This document shows, one piece after another, positions 37,185-48,194 of a DNA stretch of 64,000 bases. Location: positions 1 to 64,000 of the forward strand of contig JAQBGU010000063.1 of assembly GCA_032128375.1 (NCBI GenBank), written 5' to 3'. Source of the stretch: Deltaproteobacteria bacterium. Its GTDB lineage: Bacteria; Myxococcota_A; UBA9160; SMWR01. Position 1 is the stretch's first letter. Each line of letters begins with the position of its first letter. The notes under the pieces are model-generated. The model ran no database searches. It saw only the letters and a list, made by a program, of their open reading frames with translations, and was not told the origin of the DNA. A program made the position numbers and the translations under genes.

Positions 37185-39761
37185 CTATGCCCCGATCGGA
37201 CCGATTTCCTCTGGCACGCTGACCACACAGATGTGTGAGATGTCGGCCGACGAGCGCCCGACGCGGAGTTCGTACGAGCCCGCATCGATGTACCAGCCCT
37301 GCTCGGGTCGCCTGGCGGAACCCGCGCCGGGCCCCATGGCCGCCATCGCGAAAAGCCGCGCCCGCACCAATTCGTATCCTGGATCGGCTGGATCCCAGTG
37401 TGCAAACGCGCGTGGTCCGAGTTCGAATGTCGCATCGGATGTCTCGCCCGGATCGAGCCACAGCTTCGCGAACGCGCGCAGCTCGAACGACGGTCGAAAC
37501 AGGCTCGGGTGCTTGGGGGCTACGTAGCACTGCACGACTTCGCAGCCTCGGCGCAACCCCGTGTTCGTGACCGGAACTGCGACCGAGATCGGATCGCCGC
37601 AGTACGCATCGGCCGATAGCCGAGGGATGCCGATCTCGAAAGTCGAATACGATAGACCGTGACCAAACGGGAAGCGCACAGGCAGTTCGCGCGTCGAGTA
37701 CCAGCGATAGCCGACCAACAATCCCTCCCCGTAGCGAAGCTCGGAATTCTCGCCCGCGAAATTCCCGAACGCGGGGTTGTGCTCCTCGCGCAACGGCAGT
37801 GTCGTCGGTAGGCGCCCGCCCGGTTCGGCCGAACCGAGCAAGACATCGACGAGCGCGTCGGCCATCTCCTGGCCACCGAACCAGATCTGCAGGATCGCAG
37901 CGGCCTGGTCGCACCAATCCATTGCGACTGGCGAGCCGGTGTTCACGCACACGACGCTGCGCGGGTTCGCCGCACAGACACGGCGAATCAACTCGTCCTG
38001 TTCGCCCGGAAGCTGCATCGATTCGCGGTCGCGCCCCTCAGTCTCCCAGTCGCCGTTGGTTCCCACCACCAACACGGCAACATCCGCTGCAGCGGCGGCC
38101 GCGACCGCACGCTGCATCATATCTTCGGGCAAGGGCGGGCGATGCCCGACCACCACTCCGCGCAAGAGTCTTGCGCTGCCACAGGTGAAATCGATCGACA
38201 ACTCGACCGGCCTGCCCGCGAGCAGTTCGACCGCTGCCTCTATTTCGCGACTCCCCATACCGAAGAACGCCGAGCCGGGTCCCGGTGGGCTCTCGATCCC
38301 GTCGAGCACGATGTCGCCATCGATCTGGACTCGAGCCAATCCGGCTTGAATCAGTGTGAACGTGTGAACGCCCGATTCAGTCGGCGTAAACGTCCCGACC
38401 GCTCGAAATGAGAAATCCTGGGGGACGCCCTCACCCGGTGGCCCGAAAAACAGGATCTGTCCGTTCCGATTCGAACCCAGATGCACCGGTTCGCCTTGCC
38501 AATCGACGTTTCCGAAAAACGCGATCTCGAGTCCAGTGCTGGCGTCGGGCTTCATCAGAGAATCGGCGTGGAGCGGAGGAACGGATTTCTCGGTCCAACA
38601 ACCGCGCTCGTGGGTGATCTCGACAGTCTCGCCGAGTCGCTTGCGCAGCGCCTCCAGCGGAGTCACTTCGTAGTGTGCGCGCAGCGTGGCGGAGCCGCCG
38701 CCCATGATGTGACAGCGGTCCGCGTTCGGACCGATCAGCGCGATTCGCCGCAAGCCAGCGGTCGCGAGCGGGAGCAACTCCTCGTTTTTCAGCAGCACCA
38801 TCGAATCCGTCGCCACTTCACGGGCGAGTTCGCGGTGTGTGGGCAGATCGATGCTGCGTTCCGCCTGTTCTTGACGAGAACCTCGAACAGAGTCGATAGC
38901 ATCGTCGAGTGCGCCCAGGCGTTTCCAAACCCCGAGCATGCGCGCGACCTGATCGGTGACGATCGATTCATCGAGTTCGCCGGCCCGTACGGCCTCCGCG
39001 AGTGCCGCGCCGAAGAAACGTCCGGGGCCAGGCATCTGCAGGTCGAGACCCGCCCGGGCCGAATCGAGCGTAGACCCGACCGAGAACCAATCGGTCAACA
39101 CGAATCCCTCGAAGCCCCACTCGTCTCGGAGCACGCGGGTCAACAGCCACGCGTCCTCTGAACAGAACGTTCCGTTGAGTCGGTTATAGGCCGTCATGAT
39201 GCCAAGCGTGCCGCCTTCTTTTACCGCCAGCTCGAAGGGCACCAGATAAATCTCCCGCAGTGTCCGCGCATCGACGACTGAATCGATCGTGTTGCGCTCG
39301 TGCTCGGCGTCGTTCGCGACAAAATGCTTTGCCGTGGTTGCGACTCCTTCAGATTGCACACCGCGCACGAACCCCGCCGCGATCTTTCCCGACAGCAGCG
39401 GATCCTCCGAGTAGCACTCGAAATTCCTGCCGCCCAGCGGTGACCGGTGAAGGTTTATCGTGGGTGCGAGCAATACCCGACAAGCCTTCGTCCGCGCTTC
39501 CTGGCCTAGCATCACACCGATGCGCTCGATCAGCGACGGGTTCCAGGTCGCCCCCAACGCGGACCCGCACGGAACACAGACGGCGGTGGCATCCCCGACG
39601 CCCAGCAGCGACGAACCGCGCGCGCCGTTGGGACCATCGGTCACGCGGATCGATGGAAGATCGAGCCGCGCGATGGCATGGGTGGACCACATGTCCGCGC
39701 CGGCGGTCAAGTGCGCCTTCTCGTCGAGCGTGAGCTCTGCCAGAGCCTTTTCGAGGTCCAT
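37185..39761 (-). CDS. Glycoside hydrolase family 3 beta-glucosidase (PA14 insert, Fn3-like C-terminus)
   Basis: TDGPNGARG, GGRNFECYSEDP, KHFVAND, LTDW, LLKN, FPFGHGLSY. Confidence 0.95.
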   Translation of the reverse strand: MDLEKALAELTLDEKAHLTAGADMWSTHAIARLDLPSIRVTDGPNGARGSSLLGVGDATAVCVPCGSALGATWNPSLIERIGVMLGQEARTKACRVLLAPTINLHRSPLGGRNFECYSEDPLLSGKIAAGFVRGVQSEGVATTAKHFVANDAEHERNTIDSVVDARTLREIYLVPFELAVKEGGTLGIMTAYNRLNGTFCSEDAWLLTRVLRDEWGFEGFVLTDWFSVGSTLDSARAGLDLQMPGPGRFFGAALAEAVRAGELDESIVTDQVARMLGVWKRLGALDDAIDSVRGSRQEQAERSIDLPTHRELAREVATDSMVLLKNEELLPLATAGLRRIALIGPNADRCHIMGGGSATLRAHYEVTPLEALRKRLGETVEITHERGCWTEKSVPPLHADSLMKPDASTGLEIAFFGNVDWQGEPVHLGSNRNGQILFFGPPGEGVPQDFSFRAVGTFTPTESGVHTFTLIQAGLARVQIDGDIVLDGIESPPGPGSAFFGMGSREIEAAVELLAGRPVELSIDFTCGSARLLRGVVVGHRPPLPEDMMQRAVAAAAAADVAVLVVGTNGDWETEGRDRESMQLPGEQDELIRRVCAANPRSVVCVNTGSPVAMDWCDQAAAILQIWFGGQEMADALVDVLLGSAEPGGRLPTTLPLREEHNPAFGNFAGENSELRYGEGLLVGYRWYSTRELPVRFPFGHGLSYSTFEIGIPRLSADAYCGDPISVAVPVTNTGLRRGCEVVQCYVAPKHPSLFRPSFELRAFAKLWLDPGETSDATFELGPRAFAHWDPADPGYELVRARLFAMAAMGPGAGSARRPEQGWYIDAGSYELRVGRSSADISHICVVSVPEEIGPIGA

Positions 39762-40304
39762 GAGTATTCTCCAGGGTCGTGTGGGCGCTATCGAGTTGAC
39801 GGTAGCTACTCCTTACGGAACGGAAAAATCCACCCGCCTCGCGCGTTGCTCAGTGACGGGCATCCGAGCTGCGATCAGGTCGCCCGCCCCTCGAGTAGTT
39901 GCGGAATCAACTGGTCGAGGGAAACGGGCAACATTTCGAACTGAATCTCGGGCTCACCACGCGTCGGTGGGTACTTGTCGTTCAGAGCGCCAACGAACGC
40001 TCGCACCATCTCGAACTGGTAGCCCCCCGGTTCTCCGTTCTGAATGAAGTAGTCGAACGAGTTCTTCGATGTGAGAACCCGCAGGTAGCGGTCGTGCAGT
40101 ACGCGCTCGAGCCCCCCACATACTGTGCGGTGAGATGCTTACCCAATGGATGTGGAGCCTCTCGCGTCTTTTCGCCGATCTCGGTGACGCTGCTTTCGGG
40201 CTCGTTTCCACCGCAGCCCGCCGCGAGCCGCAGCCAGGCGGCGAACAGCCAGCTCGCAGCGGCACGTCTCCGGCGAGTGGCGAAGGGCATTGTGTGGATC
40301 CGAC

Positions 40305-40388
40305 CTCTACGGGCTCTCTCTACGGGCTTTCTCTACGGGCTCTCTCTACGGGCTCTACGGGCTCTACGGGCTCTACGGGCTCGATGGG
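40305..40388. repeat. Tandem repeat of CTCTACGGG (7 exact plus 1 degenerate; first units spaced by 4 nt)
   Basis: Read directly from the sequence. Confidence 0.9.
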
Positions 40389-40499
40389 CCCGCAACGCCA
40401 CAGGCTCTGAAGTGAGGGTGCACGAACTCGATCGCGGTGTATGGTAGTGCCGAACGCGATGTGACAGTAGACCCGGGGCGGGAGGTGGATAGAGTGCGG

Positions 40500-41003
40500 A
40501 TGCTCAAGGCGTTGGCGGTAGCCGTTGGATCGTTGGTTCTCGTAGTGGGAGTCGGGATAGCGATGGCGCGGATGGGCGATGGCCCGATCATGATCATTCC
40601 CGGTGGCCCACTCATCGCAGGCGAATTGGTAACGGGTGATGAACCGGATTGGAGTTTCGCGCGAGATACCGACGTGATGGAATTCCAATTGGAAAACCCG
40701 CCACAGTCTCGCGTCATCTGGCTGCTCGTCCACGACAAGAAGCTCTTCATCGTGAGCGGATACATGAACACGACCGTCGGGAAGGTGTGGAAGAAGTGGC
40801 CCGCGCAGGCCGTACTGGATGGACGGGCCGTGATCCGGATCGATGGAAAACGCTACGAGCGAACGGCTACGCGCATAGTCGACGACCCCACTTTGATCGG
40901 CGCACTCGCGGCCGAAGCGAGCCGAAAATACGGCGTCGCGATGACAGCCGATATGGCCGACACCGGTGATGCCTGGTTCTTCGCGCTGACGCCTCGGAGC
41001 TGA
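40500..41003 (+). CDS. Exported/membrane-anchored hypothetical protein (DUF2255/split-barrel-like)
   Basis: N-terminal hydrophobic segment; DGP..IPGG, W...DGRAVIRIDGKRY, KY, WFFAL; paralog at 48195-48704. Confidence 0.7.
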   Translation: MLKALAVAVGSLVLVVGVGIAMARMGDGPIMIIPGGPLIAGELVTGDEPDWSFARDTDVMEFQLENPPQSRVIWLLVHDKKLFIVSGYMNTTVGKVWKKWPAQAVLDGRAVIRIDGKRYERTATRIVDDPTLIGALAAEASRKYGVAMTADMADTGDAWFFALTPRS

Positions 41004-41093
41004 AGACGCGATTTTCGGAGGTTTCGGAGACTTCGAAGCTTTCGCATCTGCACCTCGATCTCTCCGCGCGTACCGGTCACGAAAAGCTCCCCG

Positions 41094-41528
41094 CTACTGC
41101 GACTTGCCGGCCTCCTCGAGCTGGCGCATTTGTTCCCAACCCACGTAATGCGTGAAACCGGCGTCGCTGAAAAACAACACCGGACCGTCGCAGATGAACA
41201 GATACTCAGTGTCTTCGAGCGCGGTGGTCGTTTCGTGGACCATGCCGTTGGCTTCGTAGACGTAGTCGCCCGCTTCCAGAATGCCGTCGCGAACTTCGAG
41301 TCGCCCCTTCAACACGAACGTGTGTGCCGCGCTCAAGTGCTTGTGCGCATCTGCGACATAACCTTTGTTCCAGCGGAACAAGGCCGCCCATCTGCCGGAC
41401 TCGGCGCCGGTCCACAGCACCTTGATCCAGGAGGTCGCACCGGTGGCAACCCAATCCCGATCCTTGGCGGCGACGAGCGTATCCATGACTTCGGAATTGA
41501 AGGGTGAAATGTCCTGCGGTAGTCCCAT
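41094..41528 (-). CDS. Cupin (ChrR/2,4'-dihydroxyacetophenone dioxygenase-like)
   Basis: AHKHLSAAHTFVLKG..GDYVYEANGMVH. Confidence 0.85.
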   Translation of the reverse strand: MGLPQDISPFNSEVMDTLVAAKDRDWVATGATSWIKVLWTGAESGRWAALFRWNKGYVADAHKHLSAAHTFVLKGRLEVRDGILEAGDYVYEANGMVHETTTALEDTEYLFICDGPVLFFSDAGFTHYVGWEQMRQLEEAGKSQ

Positions 41529-41745
41529 GTCGTGTCCTCGCGTGCGAGCGGGAAGCCAAAGGGCTCCCGATTCCAATCCTTGAGGATAGGGGTTCTGACC
41601 CCAATCACCGGATCAGCGCTCCAGATTTCCGACCCGCAGACCGATACAGAGAGCGCGGTAGTTGGCCAGACATGCCGCTACCGGATGATCGTCCCGTATT
41701 TCTCGGCCACGGTTTCCCGGTCACGCCCCCGAGATAGGAATTGCG

Positions 41746-44538
41746 ATGATTCGCGTCGCCGCGCTGGGGCTGACCGCCGTGACGGGCTTTTCGGCCCTTG
41801 TCTACCAGGTCGCGTGGCAAAAGTATCTGGCGGCACTGTTGGGTTCTCACAGCGAAGCGACTGCCGCGGTACTCGGGATTTTTCTGGGCGGATTGTCGCT
41901 GGGTTACTGGCTGTTCGGACGGCTGGCCCAGCGGTTGGGCGGCCCCGGGGGCGCCGATGTCGAGCCGCGACAACTCCTGGCAGTCTACGGCCTCGTGGAA
42001 GCGGGCGTGGGTGCATACGCGTTGCTGTTTCCGTGGCTCTTTCGCGCGGCACTCGCGCTATCGCTGTCGGCCCCGCAAGGTATCGCCGGCCTCGCGTTCG
42101 GCTTCGACGTGCTGCTCGCGGCAGTCCTGATCGGACCGCCAACGCTTCTGATGGGCGGCACGATCCCGCTCCTGACCCAGGCCCTCGCGCGGGGCGCGAT
42201 CGACGCGACGCGTATTCACGCACTGGTCTACGCCACCAACAGTGCCGGTGCGTTCGTCGGCGCGTTGGTGGCCGGTTTCTGGCTGCTGCCCGCATTCGGA
42301 CTGAAGACGGGCGTCATTTCGATGGGCATCATCAACCTCGCGGTGGGTCTGGCATTCGTCGGACTCGCCCGCTTCCAATCCAATTCCCGATTCGCCCGAA
42401 AACTCCCAGCGAACGAGCCGGTACAGGCGACGCGACGGGTGACATTCACCGCGGTCGCTCTGCTCTCGGGGTTCTCGTTGATGACGTTGCAGGTCGTCTT
42501 CAATCGCATCGCGGCATTGTCGTTCGGTGATTCGCATGTCGCGTTCGCGATGATCGTCGCTTGCTTCGTTCTGTGTATCGCGATGGGGAGCCTCGCGGTG
42601 GCCGGCTTCGACCGGATCGATCGCCGGGTACTGATCGGCTGCCAGTGGGCGCTGGTCGCTGCACTGGCATTGCTGTATCCACACATCGAAGACGCCCCGT
42701 ACTGGGCACATCGACTCCGCACCTACTTCCCCGCCCCAGGCGGAAGCCTGCTGCTGTACCACGCGCTGAGTTTCGTGTCGATCTTCGCGGTGTTGTCGAT
42801 TCCGCTGAGTCTTGCGGGCGCCACCCTCCCGCTGATCTTTCACCACCTGCGAAACGAATGGGGCGACCTCGGCGCCGTCGCGGGGCGGTTGTATGGCTGG
42901 AACACGCTGGGTTCGCTGCTGGGAGCGCTGATCGGTGGCTACGCGCTGTTGAATTGGCTCGATCTACACCACGTCTACCGCATCGCACTGCTCGCCTTGA
43001 TCGCCGCCGCCGGCATCCTCACGCTCACTTTGACGTCGCAGCGCACGATTGTGTGGGTCGCCGTCGTCGGCTGCATGGTTCTTGCGATCTCGCAACCGGC
43101 CTGGGCACCCAGAAAACTTTCGGCCGGCCTGTTCAACCTGCGCAGGGCATTCACACATTCGCGCGGGGGTCCAGCGGAATTCTTTGATCACTATCTGAAC
43201 GAGAGACCAGCCGACTTTCTGGTATTCCACAGCGACGGCCCAACCTCGACGGTTTCGGTCGAGCAATTCGAACGCGATGGCCAGACCATCTCGATCCTGA
43301 AGACCAATGGGAAGTCCGAGGGGGCGATACCGCTCGACAATCCGACTACATCGATGCTCGCGCTGGTCCCCGCAATCCTACAAGCGGCTCCCAAGCGCGC
43401 CTTCGTGATCGGATATGGGACCGGCGAGACGGTCGGCACGCTGGCGGGGATCGACTCGCTCGAAGAAGTCGTGGTCGCCGAAATTTCGCAGGGCGTCATC
43501 GACGCCGCACCCTGGTTCGAGGACCACAACGGACACGCACTCGCCAACCCCAAGACGCGGCTGTTGCGCACCGATGCCTATCGGACCCTCCTGCGCACCA
43601 GCCAGCGCTTCGACATCATCGCGTCCGAGCCGAGTAACCCGTGGGTGAGCGGCGTCGAACTGCTCTTCAGCCGCGACTTCCTGGAGGTGGCGCGCGACAA
43701 ACTCACACCCGACGGGATTTATGCCCAATGGTTCCAGACCTACCAGATGGACGAGCGGACCGTCGCACTCGCGCTGCAGACCTACCGCCAGGTGTTCGAC
43801 GAAGTCTCGGTCTGGTACATGCGCGGCACCGACTTGTTGATCCTGGGATACAAGCGCGCCGACCCGGGCGGCCCCAACCCATTGGCCGACCTGGAAGAAC
43901 GCTGGCAGCGCGCAGATTATCAAGACGCCTTCGCCAGGATTTCGATCGATTCGCTCGGCGAGTTGCTGGCACACGAATTGTTCCCGCTTGGTGTCATCAC
44001 GGCGGCGGAACTCCCCGACGAAATTCACACACTCGAACATCCGATTCTCAGCCACTACGCGGTCCGAGCGTACTTTCGAGGCGAGCCTGCAAGACTGCCA
44101 GCCACCCATTCCGATGAGCCGGCAGCCGTCGGGGCGCGCAATTCGCTGCTGCGCCGTTACATCGAGCATCGCGGAGGCCTCTCCGACGACGAGCGATACG
44201 CAGTGTTGGAAGAAACCTGCGTCTACCAGATGGCGCTGTGCGCGACGCTGATCGCGAAGTGGGGCATCGATGCGCCCGGTTCCGACGGATACAGGCGAGC
44301 CATCGACGCGGCTCGCGCGAGCCCCTATCACGCCCCCTTCGCCAGGATCGAAATCCAATCGCGGATCGCGCTACTGCTCGGGGCGCAAAACGGCGTCGCA
44401 ATGAAGACGCGAGATCAGCGGCTGCGCATCGCCAAGTTCTATCGCCGCTTCTATCACCACGCGGCGCCGTTTGTGCCCGAGATCCTCGATCGGGTCGCCG
44501 GACGGCGCCTCGAAGCGCTGCACGCTGCCATTCCGTAA
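41746..44538 (+). CDS. Fused MFS-like membrane domain / spermidine synthase-like methyltransferase
   Basis: GFSALVYQVAW, YATNSAGA, YGWNTLG, VIGYGTGET, FDIIASEPSNPWVSGV. Confidence 0.9.
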   Translation: MIRVAALGLTAVTGFSALVYQVAWQKYLAALLGSHSEATAAVLGIFLGGLSLGYWLFGRLAQRLGGPGGADVEPRQLLAVYGLVEAGVGAYALLFPWLFRAALALSLSAPQGIAGLAFGFDVLLAAVLIGPPTLLMGGTIPLLTQALARGAIDATRIHALVYATNSAGAFVGALVAGFWLLPAFGLKTGVISMGIINLAVGLAFVGLARFQSNSRFARKLPANEPVQATRRVTFTAVALLSGFSLMTLQVVFNRIAALSFGDSHVAFAMIVACFVLCIAMGSLAVAGFDRIDRRVLIGCQWALVAALALLYPHIEDAPYWAHRLRTYFPAPGGSLLLYHALSFVSIFAVLSIPLSLAGATLPLIFHHLRNEWGDLGAVAGRLYGWNTLGSLLGALIGGYALLNWLDLHHVYRIALLALIAAAGILTLTLTSQRTIVWVAVVGCMVLAISQPAWAPRKLSAGLFNLRRAFTHSRGGPAEFFDHYLNERPADFLVFHSDGPTSTVSVEQFERDGQTISILKTNGKSEGAIPLDNPTTSMLALVPAILQAAPKRAFVIGYGTGETVGTLAGIDSLEEVVVAEISQGVIDAAPWFEDHNGHALANPKTRLLRTDAYRTLLRTSQRFDIIASEPSNPWVSGVELLFSRDFLEVARDKLTPDGIYAQWFQTYQMDERTVALALQTYRQVFDEVSVWYMRGTDLLILGYKRADPGGPNPLADLEERWQRADYQDAFARISIDSLGELLAHELFPLGVITAAELPDEIHTLEHPILSHYAVRAYFRGEPARLPATHSDEPAAVGARNSLLRRYIEHRGGLSDDERYAVLEETCVYQMALCATLIAKWGIDAPGSDGYRRAIDAARASPYHAPFARIEIQSRIALLLGAQNGVAMKTRDQRLRIAKFYRRFYHHAAPFVPEILDRVAGRRLEALHAAIP

Positions 44539-44784
44539 CGGCTGCGTGCGATCTGGACCGACGATTGTGATCGCCGGCACGCCAAGAAGTGGCACACCCA
44601 CCCATCGAATCGGGGATTCGCGAAAGAAATTCTCGCGCACTGCTTGATTCTTCCAAGCACACTGCAGTTCTGCACCTGGCCTGCGATCGATTTGCCGGGT
44701 CGCGAACTTCCACGCGTTGGGAGGTTCTCACCTCAATCCGCGTTGCGGCCGAAGAGTCTGATGAAGAGTCTGAAGGGAGAGCGG

Positions 44785-45963
44785 ATGCGCGGCCTCAACA
44801 TCGCGTTGATCATTGCCATCACAGTCGCCGGGACACTTCCCGCGGCTGCAGCCAGTTTCACGGGCGGTGTTGTGATACCGGCCGGCGCGACAGTCGAAGA
44901 CATGGTGACGGACGGAACGCTCGCCGGTACGACGATCGTCGGCACGTTCCCGACGGGTGGCGGCACCAATGAAGGCTTTCGGATCGACGATGTCGACTAC
45001 ACGAGCCTGGTCGATCTCCCTGCCAGCAATACCGAGGCGCATGCGGTAGCAGGCGACAGGTCCATCGTCGTCGGCAAGAGCGACGTGGGTGGGCAGCACG
45101 CGGTCTACTGGGACAACAACGACAACATCATCGCGCTTACGACAGCAAAAAGTGACGCCATTGGCGTAAACTTCGACGGAAGCGTAATCGTCGGCAAGAC
45201 GAAATCAGGCGTCGACACAGCCGTCAAGTGGGTCATCGATGGCGGCGGCGGGATCACCGAGACGATCCTCGGAGACCTGGGTGGCGGCAAGAGCGAAGCT
45301 CGCGGTGTCTCCGACGACGGAAACTGGGTCGTCGGCAAAGGCACCAACCTCGCCGGTGACAAGGTCGCGCTGATGTGGGATAGCAGTGGGGCTATCACAG
45401 AGATCGGTGACCTCGTGGGCGGAAAGGGCGATGCAGTAGCCAACGACGTCAACAGCGACGGTACGGTTGTCGTCGGCATGGCCGACATCGCGGGAGGCAA
45501 AGTGGCCTTCCGCTGGGAAAACCTGGGGGCGACCACGGTGATGGTCTCGCTCGGGACCCTGGGCAGCGGGGACTCAGAAGCGACCGGCGTGTCGGCGGAC
45601 GGTTCGATCGTCGTCGGAACGTCAGGCAACGGCGCCGCTGAGGAAGCCTTCATCTGGACGCAGGCCGACGGGATCCGAAGCCTCAGGGAGTACCTGATCA
45701 CCGAGTACGGCCTCGCGGTCGAGCTAGCCGACTGGACATTCGAAAGCGCCAGCATTTCAGCTGACGGTCAAACCGTCGTCGGCATCGGAACCAATGCCGG
45801 GGTGACCCAGTCGTTCCTCGCCCAGATACCCGAACCGTCCACCTACGCCATGCTGATGTTCGGACTGATCGGGCTCGGATGGGCTGGCCGGCGGCGGCCG
45901 CTAACGGCGCGAACTTCTTCGAATCTGCGCGGTCCTCGTGCGGAAGCATCGCGATTGCTCTGA
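44785..45963 (+). CDS. PEP-CTERM protein with HAF-type extracellular repeats
   Basis: Signal peptide; repeats such as SEARGVSDDGNWVVG and SEATGVSADGSIVVG; IPEPSTYAMLMFGLIGLGWAGRRR. Confidence 0.88.
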   Translation: MRGLNIALIIAITVAGTLPAAAASFTGGVVIPAGATVEDMVTDGTLAGTTIVGTFPTGGGTNEGFRIDDVDYTSLVDLPASNTEAHAVAGDRSIVVGKSDVGGQHAVYWDNNDNIIALTTAKSDAIGVNFDGSVIVGKTKSGVDTAVKWVIDGGGGITETILGDLGGGKSEARGVSDDGNWVVGKGTNLAGDKVALMWDSSGAITEIGDLVGGKGDAVANDVNSDGTVVVGMADIAGGKVAFRWENLGATTVMVSLGTLGSGDSEATGVSADGSIVVGTSGNGAAEEAFIWTQADGIRSLREYLITEYGLAVELADWTFESASISADGQTVVGIGTNAGVTQSFLAQIPEPSTYAMLMFGLIGLGWAGRRRPLTARTSSNLRGPRAEASRLL

Positions 45964-46271
45964 ACCGCACTGCTTGGCACTGCGACCACTGCTCGATTCC
46001 GCTCCGGATTCGAAGCGGCGGGGTTCGAAGGCCAACGCTCGTCCGGAGGCACACGTCCCGCCAACTGGCGGGATCTGTCACTGCGATCCGACTTGTTCGC
46101 GTGGATCGATTTCCTGGGCCGAGAGCAGCTCGACGACTGTGTCGCCGTATCGGCGCGCGATCGGATCCTGGACGCAGTCTGCCTCGATGTTTGATCACTC
46201 ACCTGTTGGGAATTCGATTACCGCTGCGTAGAATCGCCCCTTTCCCTGGTTCGCAGCGCAGGACACCGACG

Positions 46272-47228
46272 ATGAGAGTGCTGATCGATACCGACCCCGC
46301 GATGGGTTCGCTAGGCGGCGACCCCGAAGACGGTTTCGCGATCCTATTGGCATTGAACTCGCCAGAGCTGACGGTCGATGGGATCACGGTCGTTGCCGGC
46401 AACGTGCCAGTCGACAAGGGTTATTCGAACGCGGTGCACCTACTGGTGATGGCCGGCCGCAACGAAGTGCCGGTGTACCGTGGCGCCGCTGGGCCGGTAT
46501 CGCCCAAGAGGACGGCGCAAATCCGTTGGCTCGAAAAGCGTGGAGAATTGGAGCAGATCTCGCCCGCCGCGAGCCCACCCAACGGCGAAGCAGATGCGGC
46601 GGAATTCATGGTCCGGCATGTTTTGGACTCTCCCGGCGAGATCACATTGATTGCGATTGGTCCGCTGACCAACGTGGCCCTCGCGCTCCGACGCGAGCCC
46701 CGCTTCGCGCAATCCGTTTCGCGAATCGTCATGATGGCGGGCGCGGCCAAGGTTTCCGGAAATGTGACACCCTCCGCGGAGTTCAACTGCTGGATGGATC
46801 CCGAAGCCGCCGCGGAAGTTTTTGCATCGGGGATCGAGATCACGATGGTCGGCCTCGATGTCTGCGAGCAGACCCACCTGCGTGAGGAGCCGCTGTTCGA
46901 ACTCCGCCACAGCAGCTCGCCGCTGGGCCGATTCGTCGGGACGGCAGCGCTACCGTTCATCGCATGGCGACGCCGGTTTTCCGCAAGCGACGATCTCCAC
47001 CTCTATGATTCGTTGGCTGTCGCGACCGCATTTCGACCCGAAATTCTGACGCTCGAACCGGCCTGGGTAGCCATCGAAACGGCGGGCAGCCACACCGCGG
47101 GCGAGACCGTCGTGTGGCTGAATCCAGTCCTGCGCAAAGAGCCGAACGCAAGGGTCGGGCTTTCACTGGATTCCGCCGCATTCGAGACCCTATTCGAACA
47201 GCGGGTGATTGCACCAATGCGCGAATAG
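46272..47228 (+). CDS. Inosine-uridine preferring nucleoside hydrolase
   Basis: VLIDTDP..EDGFAIL, GNV, IGPLTNVAL, AEFNCWMDPEAA, VGLDV, LYD. Confidence 0.92.
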   Translation: MRVLIDTDPAMGSLGGDPEDGFAILLALNSPELTVDGITVVAGNVPVDKGYSNAVHLLVMAGRNEVPVYRGAAGPVSPKRTAQIRWLEKRGELEQISPAASPPNGEADAAEFMVRHVLDSPGEITLIAIGPLTNVALALRREPRFAQSVSRIVMMAGAAKVSGNVTPSAEFNCWMDPEAAAEVFASGIEITMVGLDVCEQTHLREEPLFELRHSSSPLGRFVGTAALPFIAWRRRFSASDDLHLYDSLAVATAFRPEILTLEPAWVAIETAGSHTAGETVVWLNPVLRKEPNARVGLSLDSAAFETLFEQRVIAPMRE

Positions 47229-47280
47229 CTGCAACGTCAAGCGGGGTCGCAGCCGCTCGGCCGATGTGCGATTGACTACA

Positions 47281-47310
47281 CAGCAACAGGCAGCAACAGG
47301 CAGCAACAGG
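47281..47310. repeat. 10-bp tandem repeat CAGCAACAGG x3
   Basis: Three exact copies. Confidence 0.85.
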
Positions 47311-47372
47311 CTGGCTCTCGAACGGAGCCGGCTCCTTTCAAGAGCCAGCTTCGCCCGACAGGAGAACACGAC

Positions 47373-47618
47373 GTGTCAGACATGGTTCGACTCGCGATCG
47401 ACTTCGAGAACCCGAGCCCCGAATGGTGGGAGAGCGGTGGACACGACCTTTGGGAAGCGATCCTCGAGGGCTTCGACAACAACGACGCGGTCGTCGACCG
47501 CTCGATCGCTGATTCGTGGCTCGCCGAAGCCGCGAAGCTACCGGGCTGGGAGGGCGGGCCCGTTTTTTCTCCGCACCCCATCTGTATCAAGGAAGTCAAC
47601 GAAGACGAACTCCTGTGA
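47373..47618 (+). CDS. Small acidic Trp-rich hypothetical protein (81 aa)
   Basis: AGGAGA RBS, GTG start, protein-like composition with GC-ending codons. Confidence 0.6.
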   Translation: MSDMVRLAIDFENPSPEWWESGGHDLWEAILEGFDNNDAVVDRSIADSWLAEAAKLPGWEGGPVFSPHPICIKEVNEDELL

Positions 47619-48194
47619 GTGTTCGTGACCCTTGTGCCAGTTCGCTGATGCGCTAGCTGCCCTCTGCTCGGTCTGGCCCCTTCCACTCTCAATAACTAAC
47701 CCGAGCAATTCATTCCCGAACAAGAAGAGCTCGCGGCGAACGAACGATCGGCGATGTCGGCCGAAGAAATGCCAGATCTCATCCGGCGCATCGATGTCTC
47801 GGTTGGTGGAGCCGACGTACTTCGCGGTCAACCATCGCGACCCCAACTCCGGACCACCCGGGACGCTGTGGGCTCCATTGTGAACCGCATACAGGACCAC
47901 TTCATCTCCACCGGGGACCCCCCAGTGGCTGCGCGTGACTGTCGAGCCGTCGTCTGGGTCACGGTCGGGAAAGGTTGACCTCCGGCTCGTCAGCGACAGC
48001 GTTTACCGCGAGCCAATGCGCGACAGTTTCGCGCGTCGAACAGGCCCGAAACAGCAGCGCCAGCAACGCGCCCACAAGAATCGCAATCCCACGAAGCATC
48101 GGGTGGTCTCCATGTGGTGAGGGCACGCTGAGAACGTCTGCGCTGATTCGATGTGCGTTGATTGCGTGTGTCGTCAGTTTGCGGGCAATCTGTG

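Noticed and set aside
39982..40290. 102-aa minus-strand ORF with a lipobox-like LAAGC
   Set aside because: The rest of the sequence is not recognisable; it may be a remnant, but cannot be supported as a gene.
40305..40388. CRISPR-like array
   Set aside because: Units are 9-13 bp with no unique spacers and no cas genes; it is a simple tandem repeat.
41585..41606. GGGGT-TCTG-ACCCC REP-like hairpin
   Set aside because: Only one copy found in the window; too short to call.
44590..44605. TGGCAC upstream of the PEP-CTERM gene as a sigma-54 promoter
   Set aside because: No TTGC/GC at the required spacing.
47632..48190. Several short ORFs between the acidic protein and the exported protein
   Set aside because: No RBS or motif support and inconsistent frames; probably decayed sequence.
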